Assembly: GCA_025201805.1 (NCBI GenBank)
Contig: MU619307.1
Coordinates: 1-64,000, forward strand
DNA length: 64,000 nucleotides
Direction of reading: 5' to 3'
From: Parasitella parasitica NRRL 2501
Lineage: Eukaryota > Fungi > Mucoromycota
Both the position numbers and the translations under genes were made by a program. Within the stretch, counting starts at the first letter, position 1, and each line of letters opens with the position of its first letter. This document shows, piece after piece, positions 39,071-51,033 of this stretch. Below the pieces are notes generated by a model. The model worked only from the letters and a program-made list of their open reading frames with translations. It was not told where the DNA came from and did no database searches.

Positions 39071-39796
39071 TCAAGCAGACAAGGGAATACGATTTGGGCC
39101 CGGTAATAAATCAAGAATGGGCCTCAATAAGGCTGGTTGGCCAAACATTTGCACAAAGAGTAAACCTATAGCAACTAATGACAGTTGTCAGTATGCAAAT
39201 ATCTACCCACAAAGCTTAGTTGCACTTACGAGTAAGAACAGGCAGCCAGAATAAATACAGTCGTCGGTCAATCTTTTGTCGGACAAGACCCAAGCCGTCT
39301 GACTCCATGCTTGGTTGTGTGCGTCTATCAGCAAGTAATCCATCAGTGCTGTTGAGTGAGTGGAAACGATGCACCATATGACTCTTTACGCTGCTATTTC
39401 TTCGTGAAAGGGGTCTTCGCTTAATATACGTCGTCGTATGCGAGTCCAGCAATTCGATGACTTCCAAACATTCGCCCTCACCACATGATTTCAGCCATGA
39501 AACATCAACACTACTGGCATTTGCGCCTGCATGCAACAAAATCTGGATGATTTGCATAGATTTCATGCGGCAAGCAAAATGAAGCGCTGTCATCTCGTTC
39601 CTATCTCGGGCATTCAGCAGGCTTTGCTTATCTTCATTAGAGCGATGTGTGTAACACTTTACAATAGCTTTGACTAGAGATTCGTTATTGACTATTACGG
39701 AAAGATGAAGCAGAGTCTGTCCGCTTGCATTCGCCAGTGTTAGGTTGGGCTGATCTGCATGTTCAATCGCATCCAAAACTAATTGCTGTTGATTAA

Positions 39797-39830
<34 letters not shown>

Positions 39831-41852
39831 GTTGGGTTCTCCACCTTGGACAATGCGCATTGCAACGTGCTTTGCATCATGCAGTTTGCCAGTCATTTTA
39901 AGACCCACCACCTGCAGCGCTAGTTCCAATAGAGCTTGATCGCTGGCGTCATAATAGGTAAAAATCGCCACATCTTGACCCTCCAAAACAAGCGGATGTT
40001 CTTTGAAAGAAACGACGACAGGTCCAGTATGAGCAGCTGGTGGGAGAATACAGACAATTGTGTTGGGGTTCCAGTAAGCCGTTGTGGCAGTGTGCTCACC
40101 AAACAAGCAAGTGAGGCCTCGGTAGAATCCGGAACCTAATAAGGTCACCTCAACGCCACCATAGGTTGGCCCTTGTGCGGGAACCAGCCTTTCCACTTGG
40201 GGCACTACTGCACCTGAATTGAAATTGTCTAGTATTGACGATATGAGGTGGTCGTCGGCAGAAGCATAGCCGGACGCCGTTCTACGACGACGGTTGAACG
40301 GCCATGCTTCTTCTGGCGCTGGTATTGCGTCATGTTCATCTTCTAGCTCTATTTGGTGAACAGTGGTGGCACTGAGTGCAAGTGAAGGTGGAGGAAAAAA
40401 ATCAGAGTATATGTTGCTGCTGCTGCTACTGTTGCTGTTTGTCATGACGCTTATGCTGGAGTTGCTAAAGTCTAGGCTTGTGGGCGTCGTGGATCCAAGA
40501 GCTTCGTCCGTCATCTCCAGAGAATCGAGTGAGGCCGAGTTTTTGCGGGATGGTGCAGGCGTATCGGGCCGCGATAGGGTGGTGATTTGGTCGTCTTCCT
40601 GTCTTGATCTTTTGCGACTAGTCTTTTGCTTGGAGCTTTTGTGGTCATCTGTGATCATGATGGGTGGAGAGATGCCGTTTGCAATGACTTGGCCTTGGTT
40701 GTTCTTGATTGTAAAGCATATTCTTTGTAGCGAAAACGATGAGCCATGACGGCTGATATTGCACAGGACACACTTACCTAAATCCAACCTTTTCATTGTG
40801 GTGGCGGCAGTAGCAAGTGATGCGAGTGGGCAAGATGGCATCTCCGGAAGAAAAATTGACCATGGGGCTGCAATTAAACAGTAGGATACGGTCCCTTTCT
40901 GTCTCAATGTCCTCAGGTGGGATGTCACCTTTCTGTCTGCCGTCTTTGGTTCTCTCAGCTCTCTTTCTCTGAATGTGTATAGACGGTCGGTGTTAGTTCC
41001 CATCAAGATTTAACTTCTTTACAAACTCACTTCACGTCGCACACAGCCAGCACACATCCGAATCGGTTGATCTGTATTACTTGAACACACAACTTGGGCT
41101 TCCAAACGCAAAATTTTGGATTCATCTGAGACCATGGTTGCCACAGAGCCATCCAGTGGTCTTTGCTGCTGCTGCTGCTGTTGATTTTTTCGCAACCTTG
41201 ATCTTGCCAACATGGATTCACTGAGACGAATAAATGACCAATCCTGTGCCTTTTTGTCGTTTCCTGTCATTAGCTGGATACAGAGCTTGATTTGAGTCTC
41301 AACACGAGATTTAGCACCCGTACTAGGCACACCGAGAATTCGAATTTCTAGATGGTTGCTAGGTCTCAAGATGAGTCGTTACATCTACTACATCATGTTT
41401 ATTTGTTTTTACCTTTGCATGGATGAAGGTGCGGAGGAAGTTACACTAATAAAGGGCAAACATGTTAATCCTGACAACAAAAAATTAGTAGAAAATGTTA
41501 CTTCTCGTTATTGTATGATATGTAGTTCAGAAAGTCATCCGGCGCTGCTGCTGCTGTTGCTACTGCTACTGCTGCTGCTACTGCCTAAAAAGAAACAAAT
41601 TTAAGGGGCAATTTTCTTTGTTTTATGTTGGTTTCTAATTGTTACATTATCCTCGTAATGTGAGTTTGGCGGTGAGCTTGTGTCTGTCGCTGATGAGGAA
41701 TCATGATTTGGCGAGAAAGGCAGATATGATGACTCAAGTTCTTGAAATAAGGGTAAAAAGTTGATTTGAGGATCCAGTAAATCTAGCAAATCCGTTTGAC
41801 CAAGTTTTCTTGCCGGTGAGTAAGATCGCTTCTCGCTATTTGCACTAGACAT
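39071..41852 (-). CDS. Spt23/Mga2-like membrane-tethered transcription factor (IPT/TIG, ankyrin, transmembrane)
   Basis: KSRVETQIK, C.GC.RRE, TCYCRHH, SPPIMITDDHK, LVPAQGPTYGGVEVTLLG, ankyrin repeats, DRRLYLFWLP plus transmembrane tail. Confidence 0.92.
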
Positions 41853-43066
41853 TCTTGATATGGATGCAGGCACGAAATGTACAAAAGAAAAAAGAGAGAT
41901 AGAGGTTGAAGTCTTGAATTTGCAATAAATAAACGGGTCACGACCAAATAGCTAGTGAAATTAGAGTGGGTTTTCCGCTTTTTACTGTGCTTTTAGGTAC
42001 AATATTACGAGAAAAAGAAGGATGACTGTTTGATTGATTGATTGACTTCCTTCCTCTTTATACACTATCAACCTATTTCAAGTGTGGGAAACCATTTTTT
42101 TTTCTCGAATATAAAAGCTTTTTGTCAATGTATTTGTTGGTCTGTTCGCAATGTTGTACCAAATTTTTCTTTCAATTAAGGAAAAAGCCTCTCCTAAAAA
42201 AATCAATTGCAAACATGTTTCAATCAAAGTCTGTTGTTTATTTATATCAAAATACGTATTATTGACATGTTTTGTTGATTTTTCTCGGGGCGTTTGATGA
42301 TAATCGCAATAGTTGTGAGAGAATTACTCATTTGGAATTTTCTGCCACTTGTCTCTGAAAGTTGAAGCTTTTGGATATTGTTTTGTTTTTCCTGAGAAGT
42401 GGCTCCATTAGTCGTTTTTTTTTTGTTTTTTTGTTTTTTTGTTTTTTTATAGTTCAATATTAAAGTTAAGCGTCGAAATCTCCTCATACAGAGATTTCCT
42501 ATCAAATGGAATACTTGGAAATTTTTATGCAATGTAAATTATATCCAGACCTATTTTATTGCCCATCAATTGTTGCCAGTTACTTTTCTTTTTCCAATCT
42601 TAATATGCATTGAAGAGATCCAAGAAGTGAACAAACGTATTTTAAATAGCAACGTTCTTGGATACTAACACACATCCTCTTTAAACTATTGTAGTGTAGT
42701 GCCTGACAAATCAGATAATCTCTATACATATCGCTAAAACTAAGTAGAACTTTATGCTCTGCGTTCTAATCAGCACTCACTCTTGCATGAAGCTAAATAA
42801 AGAAACCCCTAACGTATCAAGGTATTTCAACTGCTGGTTTGCGCACTCTATTTGCGTTTCAAACAAATAAAATTAGACATCTATTTTTGTAACTTCGCAT
42901 TATCATTTTATGTTACATCTGTTGAATTAAGTCAACGTATTCAATATCAAGGAATGAATATACAGCCAATACTAATTATAATGGACGGGTTGGTGTACGA
43001 AAATGTGTTTGGTATAGCAAGTTATCCCCTATTCAGAATTTGATACTCTGCAGTACAGTCTCTAAA

Positions 43067-43095
43067 ACCTGGAACTTGGAACCTGGAACCTGGAA
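43067..43095. repeat. 7-bp tandem repeat (ACCTGGA) x about 4
   Basis: ACCTGGAACTTGGAACCTGGAACCTGGAA. Confidence 0.7.
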
Positions 43096-45116
43096 TTTAC
43101 TAGAAGCTTATTATGAAGCTTAACTTTTGTTAGTAAAGTTACCCTCAACCTCAATCCTAACCTCTATTCTACTTTCCATTTTACATGTTTAACATTAGAG
43201 TCACAAAAAAAGGAACTATTGAACTGAGATTAAGCATTATTACAAGCAACAATGGGAAGAGGGCTTCTCTGTCACTAGCAATTAGCAACCTATGAACTAT
43301 TCACAAAACAACAATGGTTTATTATCGCAGCAAAACATTTAATTCATCAATTACCATCTTCTGCTTCTAACTCAATCGGCCACATCTGTTTGCTTATAGT
43401 ATTTTTTGAAGAAAGGTATTTTTGTGGTATCACTTTATTGGGCTTTGTCGTGTACTAAAATTGATATTGACGTGATATTATCTCCAAATAGATAGTTTTT
43501 TTCTGCCTAAAAGCAAGAACTTTAGCTTTGTGCGCCATTTTTTGATTGATTTCCATAATCAAAAGTACCTTGAAAACACGAAAAATAGTATCCATTGGGG
43601 AAAGACAATATTATATATGATTTTGGTGCAATTTGAGCATGATTTTTTTTTTCGCTGCAAAATGACGGATTTTTTCGATTTTTTCCTTGTATCCACACAT
43701 CCAAAATTATCAATTATGCATTATCCTCAATTTTGACCTCAAAAATGCAACTTTTTACTATAGCATGTATTGGAGGAAAATGATCGTAAAAGACCATTCC
43801 TTGATCTGAAAGACTGGAAATGCGCCCTGAATAAGCAAAATATTGACTTTTCCCTCTTTATATGCTTTTGAGGTTTTCTCGACAGAATTCCTTCCATAAG
43901 CATACGGGAATCATGAAATGATACCATCGTGTAGAGCGCCCAAAAATACAGCTATTATCATAGACTAACAGCCGTGGTATGCATAGTATCAGAGGATGTT
44001 ATCTTGCCTCAAAGAAGTAATTTTATTTTCGAAATGTCCAAATCGAGTTTCTGAAAGAATTTTTCCTTTCTGATTTTGGACTCATTTAATCTCCGCTATT
44101 AAAGAAAATTGGGGGGTTTTTTTTTTCAAGAAAGCATTTACTTTGAAAAACCATAGCTTACACAATTTAAGAGAATAAAATTTGCAAACTACCAAATTTA
44201 AATGGTGTGCTTCCTGGCTTTCTAATGGTAGTACTTGCATGACTGCACCTGGCCTGACGATCTCACGCTCCGATTTTGAAAAATACTTTTCCGAAAAAAG
44301 TCAAAAAAGTCGTTACCTTCATCTGATGTTAACTTAAAAGGCGCAAAAACTTGCACTAAGCTTTACAAATATGTGATCAAAAGATGTGTTGTAATCTAAT
44401 GTATTCTTTTGCATTACTTGGTTTCGTGTTTGAAGCCGCGAAACATTGTTTTCTTACAGTTTTTGTCTTTTTATCTGACAGTAACACACTGAAGTCCACG
44501 TAGAAAAAAAAAAAGAACAGGCGCCTAAAATCTACGCTGGCTTTGCAAAGATACACACTTTTGAGCCTTTTCTATATCCTCTTAGATATGACATTTTTAT
44601 TCAACTTGTTTTCAAAGAATAAAGATAATTCAATACATGAATAAAAACCCATCTTACAGCTTTTTTTCGTCACACTCATTTTTACTAATCGTTGGGCTTG
44701 TTCAAAAGCGTTGGGGGGGGGGGTGAAACAACATCTGCTTCCGGTTCTTTGAAGTCATTCGTAGTAAGGGCAATAACATGGAAGAAAAATACTTGAAGGG
44801 AATCAAAACTGTATCCTTGACAGAAAAAGCAGCCTTCTTTAGTAAAGTGATGTTGCGTGCTTTATCATTCAGGAATTTTGTAAACATATGATAATGTTGA
44901 CCCAGAGAAATATATTGTCCATTTGAGCAGGAAAAAGGATGCTTTGTTAAAATTTTCCATCAAAAGTAGATGTGTGTATGTAACTAAGGGTCTTATTTGG
45001 CTCAAGATTAGCCAGCTGTTTGTATACCGGTACTATAGAGTAAAAAATGACCGCGAAAGTTTTATTGGTATCTTTTCATTTGTGTTTATACAACATACAC
45101 AAAGGTATCATATACA

Positions 45117-45980
45117 TTAAACATGTCGCATGTTTTTGGTAGTGCGGCTATTATCGTAACCATAACAAGACGAGGACAAGGATCTCTTCCTACCAAACAC
45201 CAGAGGAGGAGTTTCCTGCATTTTGCTGACTGGAGAGCAAATGGCAGACGTATCGGGTGAACTAGTACATGATAACGAACAAGGAGAGGCATATGGAGAG
45301 TAATAGCAATTCATGTCTGGATTTTGCTTCGTTATGGCGATAAAAATTGTTCTGTGTATACGTTCATGTAATAGAAAAACCCACTTGTCGTAAAGTTGTT
45401 TACTTACATACAATCGATAATCGATTAGTTTCAAAAAAGTCATTTCTGTAGCGTTAATTTCAGAAATCTGTAGACTTGCAATCTTGGCCCAGGTTTTATT
45501 GCAGTAATTTTTATCGTTCAGATACTTGGATGCCGCCATGAGTGCTGCTAAAATCATACGTCTACCGCAAACAACAAGCTCATTATTTGCTGCGGGTTGT
45601 TGCATTCGCTTGAGAATGAGTTTTTTAATGCGGAATATGTAAAACAACGCCAATTGAAGCATAGAATAGGTTGCTCTTGATCTCTTTAATATTTCTCGGA
45701 TAAACCTAGCTGTTGATATGATTTCTGTCGAATGGTTATTTGACCAAATGGAGTCTATAATATTTGCTGAACAGTCAATGAGTTTGTCGATCATAATGGA
45801 TTTTTCTTGGCATGATGTATCAGAAAACCGATGATGCGTTTCAAAAAATGTCTTGATAGATGTGTCTAGCAGCGGTGGTAGATAGACTTTTCTGGTCTGA
45901 TATTCACGAGTGTAACTCGCTCTTAAGCTGTACAAATTTGGGTCTGTACACCGTTGAGTATGAGTGGTAATAGTTGGCAT
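45117..45980 (-). CDS. Pho80/Pcl-family cyclin (Pcl5/Clg1-like)
   Basis: FIREILKRSRATYSMLQLALFY, CGRRMILAALMAASKYLNDKNYCNKTWAKI, EINATEMTFLKLIDYRL. Confidence 0.9.
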   Translation of the reverse strand: MPTITTHTQRCTDPNLYSLRASYTREYQTRKVYLPPLLDTSIKTFFETHHRFSDTSCQEKSIMIDKLIDCSANIIDSIWSNNHSTEIISTARFIREILKRSRATYSMLQLALFYIFRIKKLILKRMQQPAANNELVVCGRRMILAALMAASKYLNDKNYCNKTWAKIASLQISEINATEMTFLKLIDYRLYVSKQLYDKWVFLLHERIHRTIFIAITKQNPDMNCYYSPYASPCSLSCTSSPDTSAICSPVSKMQETPPLVFGRKRSLSSSCYGYDNSRTTKNMRHV

Positions 45981-46173
45981 TGATGCTTATAAAAAGAACT
46001 AAGTTGAAAGGAAAAAGACAGACGGAGAGACATCTTATATATACAATTGAAAAAAGAAAAATCCCAGAGGATGTTCCTCAACAAAAGGCAAGCAGGGGGG
46101 ATTTTAATAAGATACCAAAAAGGAACTATATCGTAGTAAGTTCAAGCGTGATTTTATTTCGGGATTACTACAA

Positions 46174-46497
46174 CTACTGGTATAAATGAACAAGGCCATA
46201 TAACAATGTATGGAATAATACAAAAGACAATAACCCTCCAACAGCTCCATTGAATACAATATCTTTGTATCCATTCATAAAGAATTCACTGCTACCAGAT
46301 GTACGCGATAGTAGCAGTACTGACAGAACAATCCAGCTGATTGCGTAAAATAGAAAACCGGATAGATTCGTAAGACCAAGTATACCTGCTGCAGACCCTG
46401 CTATAGCTGCAAAACATGATCGAATGTATTGTAATTGTCTGCCGTTATGTTGAACGTGTGCTTGAACAAAATTATGTGCATCTTGAGGCGAGTTCAT
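46174..46497 (-). CDS. EMC6: ER membrane protein complex subunit 6
   Basis: 107 aa; HN..QLQYIR, AGSAAGILGLTN.SGFLFY, FVLFHTLLYGLVHLY. Confidence 0.9.
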   Translation of the reverse strand: MNSPQDAHNFVQAHVQHNGRQLQYIRSCFAAIAGSAAGILGLTNLSGFLFYAISWIVLSVLLLSRTSGSSEFFMNGYKDIVFNGAVGGLLSFVLFHTLLYGLVHLYQ

Positions 46498-46736
46498 TTT
46501 ATTTTTGTGAACCTAGTGGCTGTTTTATTTGATTAAAATGGGTCAAGTTTCAAAAGTATAATTGTAAAGATTTATTCCACCACGTCACTTGGGTATTAAT
46601 GTTGCATGATCTAATAGCCCAATCAAATGAAACTAAATCATATAAGGTGATGTTTTCATGTTTTTGTTTTGTCATACGGTAGACTGAACAAGCAATGACA
46701 TTGTTCTGTCAAAAGAGCTTTGTCCGTTTTATATCA

Positions 46737-48935
46737 CTATTTTCTTTCCCTTCTTGCCAATGAAGCCAAAAGATCTCCTTCATCAGGCTCTTCATCGCTT
46801 GAGTCGGTCACTGTATTTAGTTTATAGGAATGGCTATATGCGCTGGCTCTATCATTTTCTTCTTCATGATGCGGTTTAACTCTTTCATCCAATAAAACTT
46901 CTATTCTATCTTGTGATACAGTTAACTGATCGACAATATCCTCTTCATCTTCATCGTCAGAATCTTCAAACATTTTAAAAACCCTGGATTGCTTTGCCGC
47001 TGCTTGTTGATTCGATCGAGTATTGTCCAATGTCGAATGCTCTACTTTGTTAGCCATTGAATTAATTTTCTGATCTACTATAGTTGTCATGGCAACCGAA
47101 TCCTGTTTCTGAATTATTATTTTCTCTTTCTCTTTCTCTTCCACTTCTTCATTATCAGAATCATCTTCATCCGAAAACATCTGAAATCGACCTTGCGTTG
47201 CTTCAGTTGATTGAGATACAAGTGGAGGTGTCAATCTATTCGATCCACTAATTAGCGTTGTACTATCGCCATGATCTTGCATGGAATTCTTTTTATGTTC
47301 TATTTCACTAAAATCTTTCGGAATATCATCATCGTCATCTAAATCATCCCCGGCAAAGATGTCAAACACTCCACCTTGTTCTTGATTCTGCTGCTTTGGC
47401 GTCATGATAACAGCAGGAGATATTTGCCGTTGGTCTTCTTTTTGGGAATCTTCGTTCTCAGAATCATCCTGATTGTTTTTTTTACTACTATAAAGCCGTA
47501 ACATAGAAAATACACCACCCTTTCTTTTGGACTTTTCTTCGCTCGACGTTGTCGAGGCATTACTACCATTCGATGACTTTCGAAATACATTTCCCATTCC
47601 TTTCTTGCCTTTTTTGTTAATTTGAAAAGTGTCATTATAGTTTTCTGTTGCCAACGTCTCGGTAGACGGGCATACGTCGAATGACTGCCGTTGATTCTGA
47701 TGTGCATGTTGTGCGAATATACTAGACATGGATGTGAAGGTGGATAGAGGCGAAACAGACCTATTAGATAGCGTAGGTGATGAAGCATTTTTGGGTGCCA
47801 ATGTAGGCGATGAATCGGCGCCAGGTAATGTTGCTGTGCCAACGACAAACGGTAATTCTATCTTCATCAATTCTGATTTTATGCCTTCTGATGTGGTATA
47901 CAAACCCTTCTGAGCTGTTACTTCAACTCGGATGAGATAAGAGAGGGAAAATAACTGACTTTGTTCAAATGAAATGGTTGGTATAGTGTCCCTGGGAATA
48001 GGCAATGTAATGCGTACTGTCTGCACTTTTTGATTACTAGTTGTATCATTATCTGAGGTGACGTTCAAGTCAGTTTTTACATTGCAGACACGCTCCGCAC
48101 GTTTGTATGAACTAAAGAAGAAAACATTAGTATAAAACTTTGATTGTCGATAAAAGCTACTTGATTACCTGTTATTTGATATTATATGAACGATGCGCAA
48201 AAGTTCTATATGTATACCCTCTTTTCTCACAAATTCCAAATTATTCCAAATAGAAATGGATATAGGTATGGCAATGCCAGGCTGGGATCCTCGACAAGGT
48301 AACGTAACCCTCATAGCTGATGTGAATTCCATTTTCTCTTCAAATAATGATACCATAAACACTTGTTCTGCTCGTTGAGGCGTCGTCATTTCTGGCGTAC
48401 GGGTATAGATCAATTCGAAAACAGGGACAATCTTTTGCGCAAAGAATACAGGCTTATTATGATTGCTGATTTGTGAATCGCCAATGAATGCTTCCAGTAG
48501 ATATATGATGTGGCATTGTCGGCTTTTTGCGTTGGTACAACTGGGCAACGGTCGATCATTTGGTATTCTCACCTTGAAAGTTAACCCCAAGGTTTTGTTC
48601 TTTTGCAGCTCGACTTTCGGCTCCTGATTGTTTTCCTGAGCAAGAACCAAATTCGTTATATACAACGGTACATGGCTGGATCCTCTAGCTGCCTTTGTAG
48701 GTGATTTAACTAATGTTGATCCCAGTTTCCAGCACTCATCAAAATAAGTACGACCGTCTTTATCAGATTCAACAGGTTTGACCTGGATACGGCCTGTCCA
48801 GGCTAAACGAAAATTGCGTAGGCTGTAATTTCGATTGGCTGTGAGAAATATCATGCCTTTGACTTGATCTCCCGGGAAGTATTTCACTGAAGAATCAAAC
48901 ACGATTTCTAGTTTTATATCCAGTGGTGGTCCCAT
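46737..48935 (-). CDS. Arrestin-domain protein with long acidic tail, 2 exons
   Basis: YFPGDQVKG, FKVRIP..LPS, IIYLLEA, PGIAIPISISI.N, LSYLIRV, IELPFVVGT. Confidence 0.8.
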
Positions 48936-49594
48936 GACTCTTTTCGTTATTTGTTGTAGAGCGAGGAGAAAAAAAGGAGAGAGAGAGAGAGAGGAAAAAA
49001 AAAAAAGTGTACATGGTTATCGCACAACATGCAAATGCTGGGCTTAGCTCCCGTTTTTGGTGTACAGTAGTACATTATTCATCTTATTTTCTGAAAATTA
49101 GAATTTATAGCTGGTGCTTCAAGGGGAGCACAAATAAATACAATGTCACCAAAGTAATGCTAAGTCATCAATTTATTTTATCATGGAACAAAGCTTCTCA
49201 TTTTTACTGCGATGGCTCGCATTATTGTGATGGTGCAAACATATATACAGTACATGTATAAAAAAATCCGGTACATGATGCGAGTTGGTCAATATTGCCT
49301 CAATAAATATTATTGCTGAGGCATCGATTTGGAATTATTTTTTTAATCAGTTATTATGTTTTCGCAAGTGGCATTTAATACCAAAATCAATGTAATAGTT
49401 AGTCAGCAAAAATGTATTTATTGAGTTGAAGCGTCTGATCTGTTTGATGGAAAGTCCTCAATGATAAATAAACATTAGAGGGTCGATTTGGAAAAACATC
49501 AAGAACAAAATGCTAACTCAAGACTACATAATTGAACAGAGTTATTGTTTAAAGAATTTGTCTCCATGTGCTAAATAGATATACCGGGAATCCT

Positions 49595-50596
49595 TTATTC
49601 TAAAAAAGTAGGCAGTGGTTTGAGATCAGGCTTGACAAATGTATGCTTGGCATTTTCTGTGTATAACGTTTTTGGTGAATAATAAGTTTCAATTGTTTTC
49701 GAATCTAGCAACTGGGGAAAATCTTCTACTAATGCAAAAAAATCACTAATATCATCGCCTTTGAAGGATCTGACTGCAGCAGAAACCAATGCAATATAAA
49801 ACGATGTGATAGTTTCGTGGTAATCTCGGCTTTTGACAGGATTCATTTTGAAATGCGTTTTGATGGTTTCTTTAATCACTGGTTCAGCTGCATCAGGTCC
49901 TAATTCTCGTATGTAATTCCATGCCATTCGTAAATGAGCTCGATGCATCCATTTTGTTGCTGTCACATCGTTGTTATCTGTAAAGGCTTTCATAAACACT
50001 TGATCTCCTACGCTTCTGTAGCATCTGTCATAGTATAATAGCGGCCTTGCTTCTTCTCGTACTCCATGCTCGCCTCCTACTCCTTCTTCCACTTTTAGTA
50101 CTTTGGTGATCCACAGCTCATGATCTCCTACTTGGATCACCTTGTACACCTCACAATGCATCGCTCCCAGAGTACCCATCAAGACGGGCAACCCCGTAAT
50201 AGGATCGTCAAAAAACGGTATATCTTTGAACTGGTCAGCATTGGGCGATGAAAATGCAACTGATTGTTGCACCTGCTCATGTGCCAACATGTTCAATACC
50301 ATACTGCCCGAAGAATGCAGTAGATCGGATGCCCGTGAAGGTGTTTGCACACAAAATGAAACCAGAGGCTCAGGCTTAAGACACACTGAGGTGAATGAAG
50401 CAACTGTAATGCCACGTCGATGGCTGCGATCTTCAGGCTTCGATGTGGTAACTACGACAACTGGTTGAGGCACTTTGCGCATGATACCCCGGACATTTTC
50501 AATCACACTATCGTTTACTGTAGAGAAAAATTTGACATTTGGTTTTGCCGGTTTTATTGATTGTATTATTCTGAACGCCTGTCCTAATAAAGACAT
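49595..50596 (-). CDS. Flavin reductase-like (FMN split barrel) protein fused to an uncharacterised C-terminal domain
   Basis: RGIMRKVPQPVVVVTT, GITVASFTSV...PLVSF, GDHELW, PLLYY; basic mitochondrial-like presequence; second domain HRAHLRMAW...YHETIT...YYS...PDLKPLP. Confidence 0.85.
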   Translation of the reverse strand: MSLLGQAFRIIQSIKPAKPNVKFFSTVNDSVIENVRGIMRKVPQPVVVVTTSKPEDRSHRRGITVASFTSVCLKPEPLVSFCVQTPSRASDLLHSSGSMVLNMLAHEQVQQSVAFSSPNADQFKDIPFFDDPITGLPVLMGTLGAMHCEVYKVIQVGDHELWITKVLKVEEGVGGEHGVREEARPLLYYDRCYRSVGDQVFMKAFTDNNDVTATKWMHRAHLRMAWNYIRELGPDAAEPVIKETIKTHFKMNPVKSRDYHETITSFYIALVSAAVRSFKGDDISDFFALVEDFPQLLDSKTIETYYSPKTLYTENAKHTFVKPDLKPLPTFLE

Positions 50597-50951
50597 GTTG
50601 CAGTAGAGAAGAGATAGTGAAGCTCACTCCAATGCCGAAACGGATTCTTGATGTTGATGTTGCTAAAGTGACCATGATTTTTTGGCAAATCGCCATCAAT
50701 GACGTCGGGTAACTGCCTCATATTGAAATAAATGCATACACCATGTAAAAGGTCGATCTTCAGGAATATCTGATAATCAGCGTTATTTATGACGACAACT
50801 AGCTTACCACACAGATACAATTTATAGCATGGTCCTACAGAAACTGTAAATGCTCCAAGAATCTGATAAGAACAGCTGTGGGAAATTTTCGTTGAGAATC
50901 TAAAACTGGAAAGGAGGAAGAGAATTATCAGATGAAAAGAAACTATGCATT

Positions 50952-50955
<4 letters not shown>

Positions 50956-50987
<32 letters not shown>

Positions 50988-50994
50988 ACTCTCT
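50956..50994. repeat. (CT)n microsatellite
   Basis: CT run upstream of the LRR gene. Confidence 0.9.
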
Positions 50995-51033
50995 GTTTAT
51001 CACTATTTGGTTTGTCACATAAACACACATACA

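Noticed and set aside
43520-44350. Possible degenerate MITE with weak inverted similarity at the ends
   Set aside because: The matches are short and low-complexity; no TSD can be defined.
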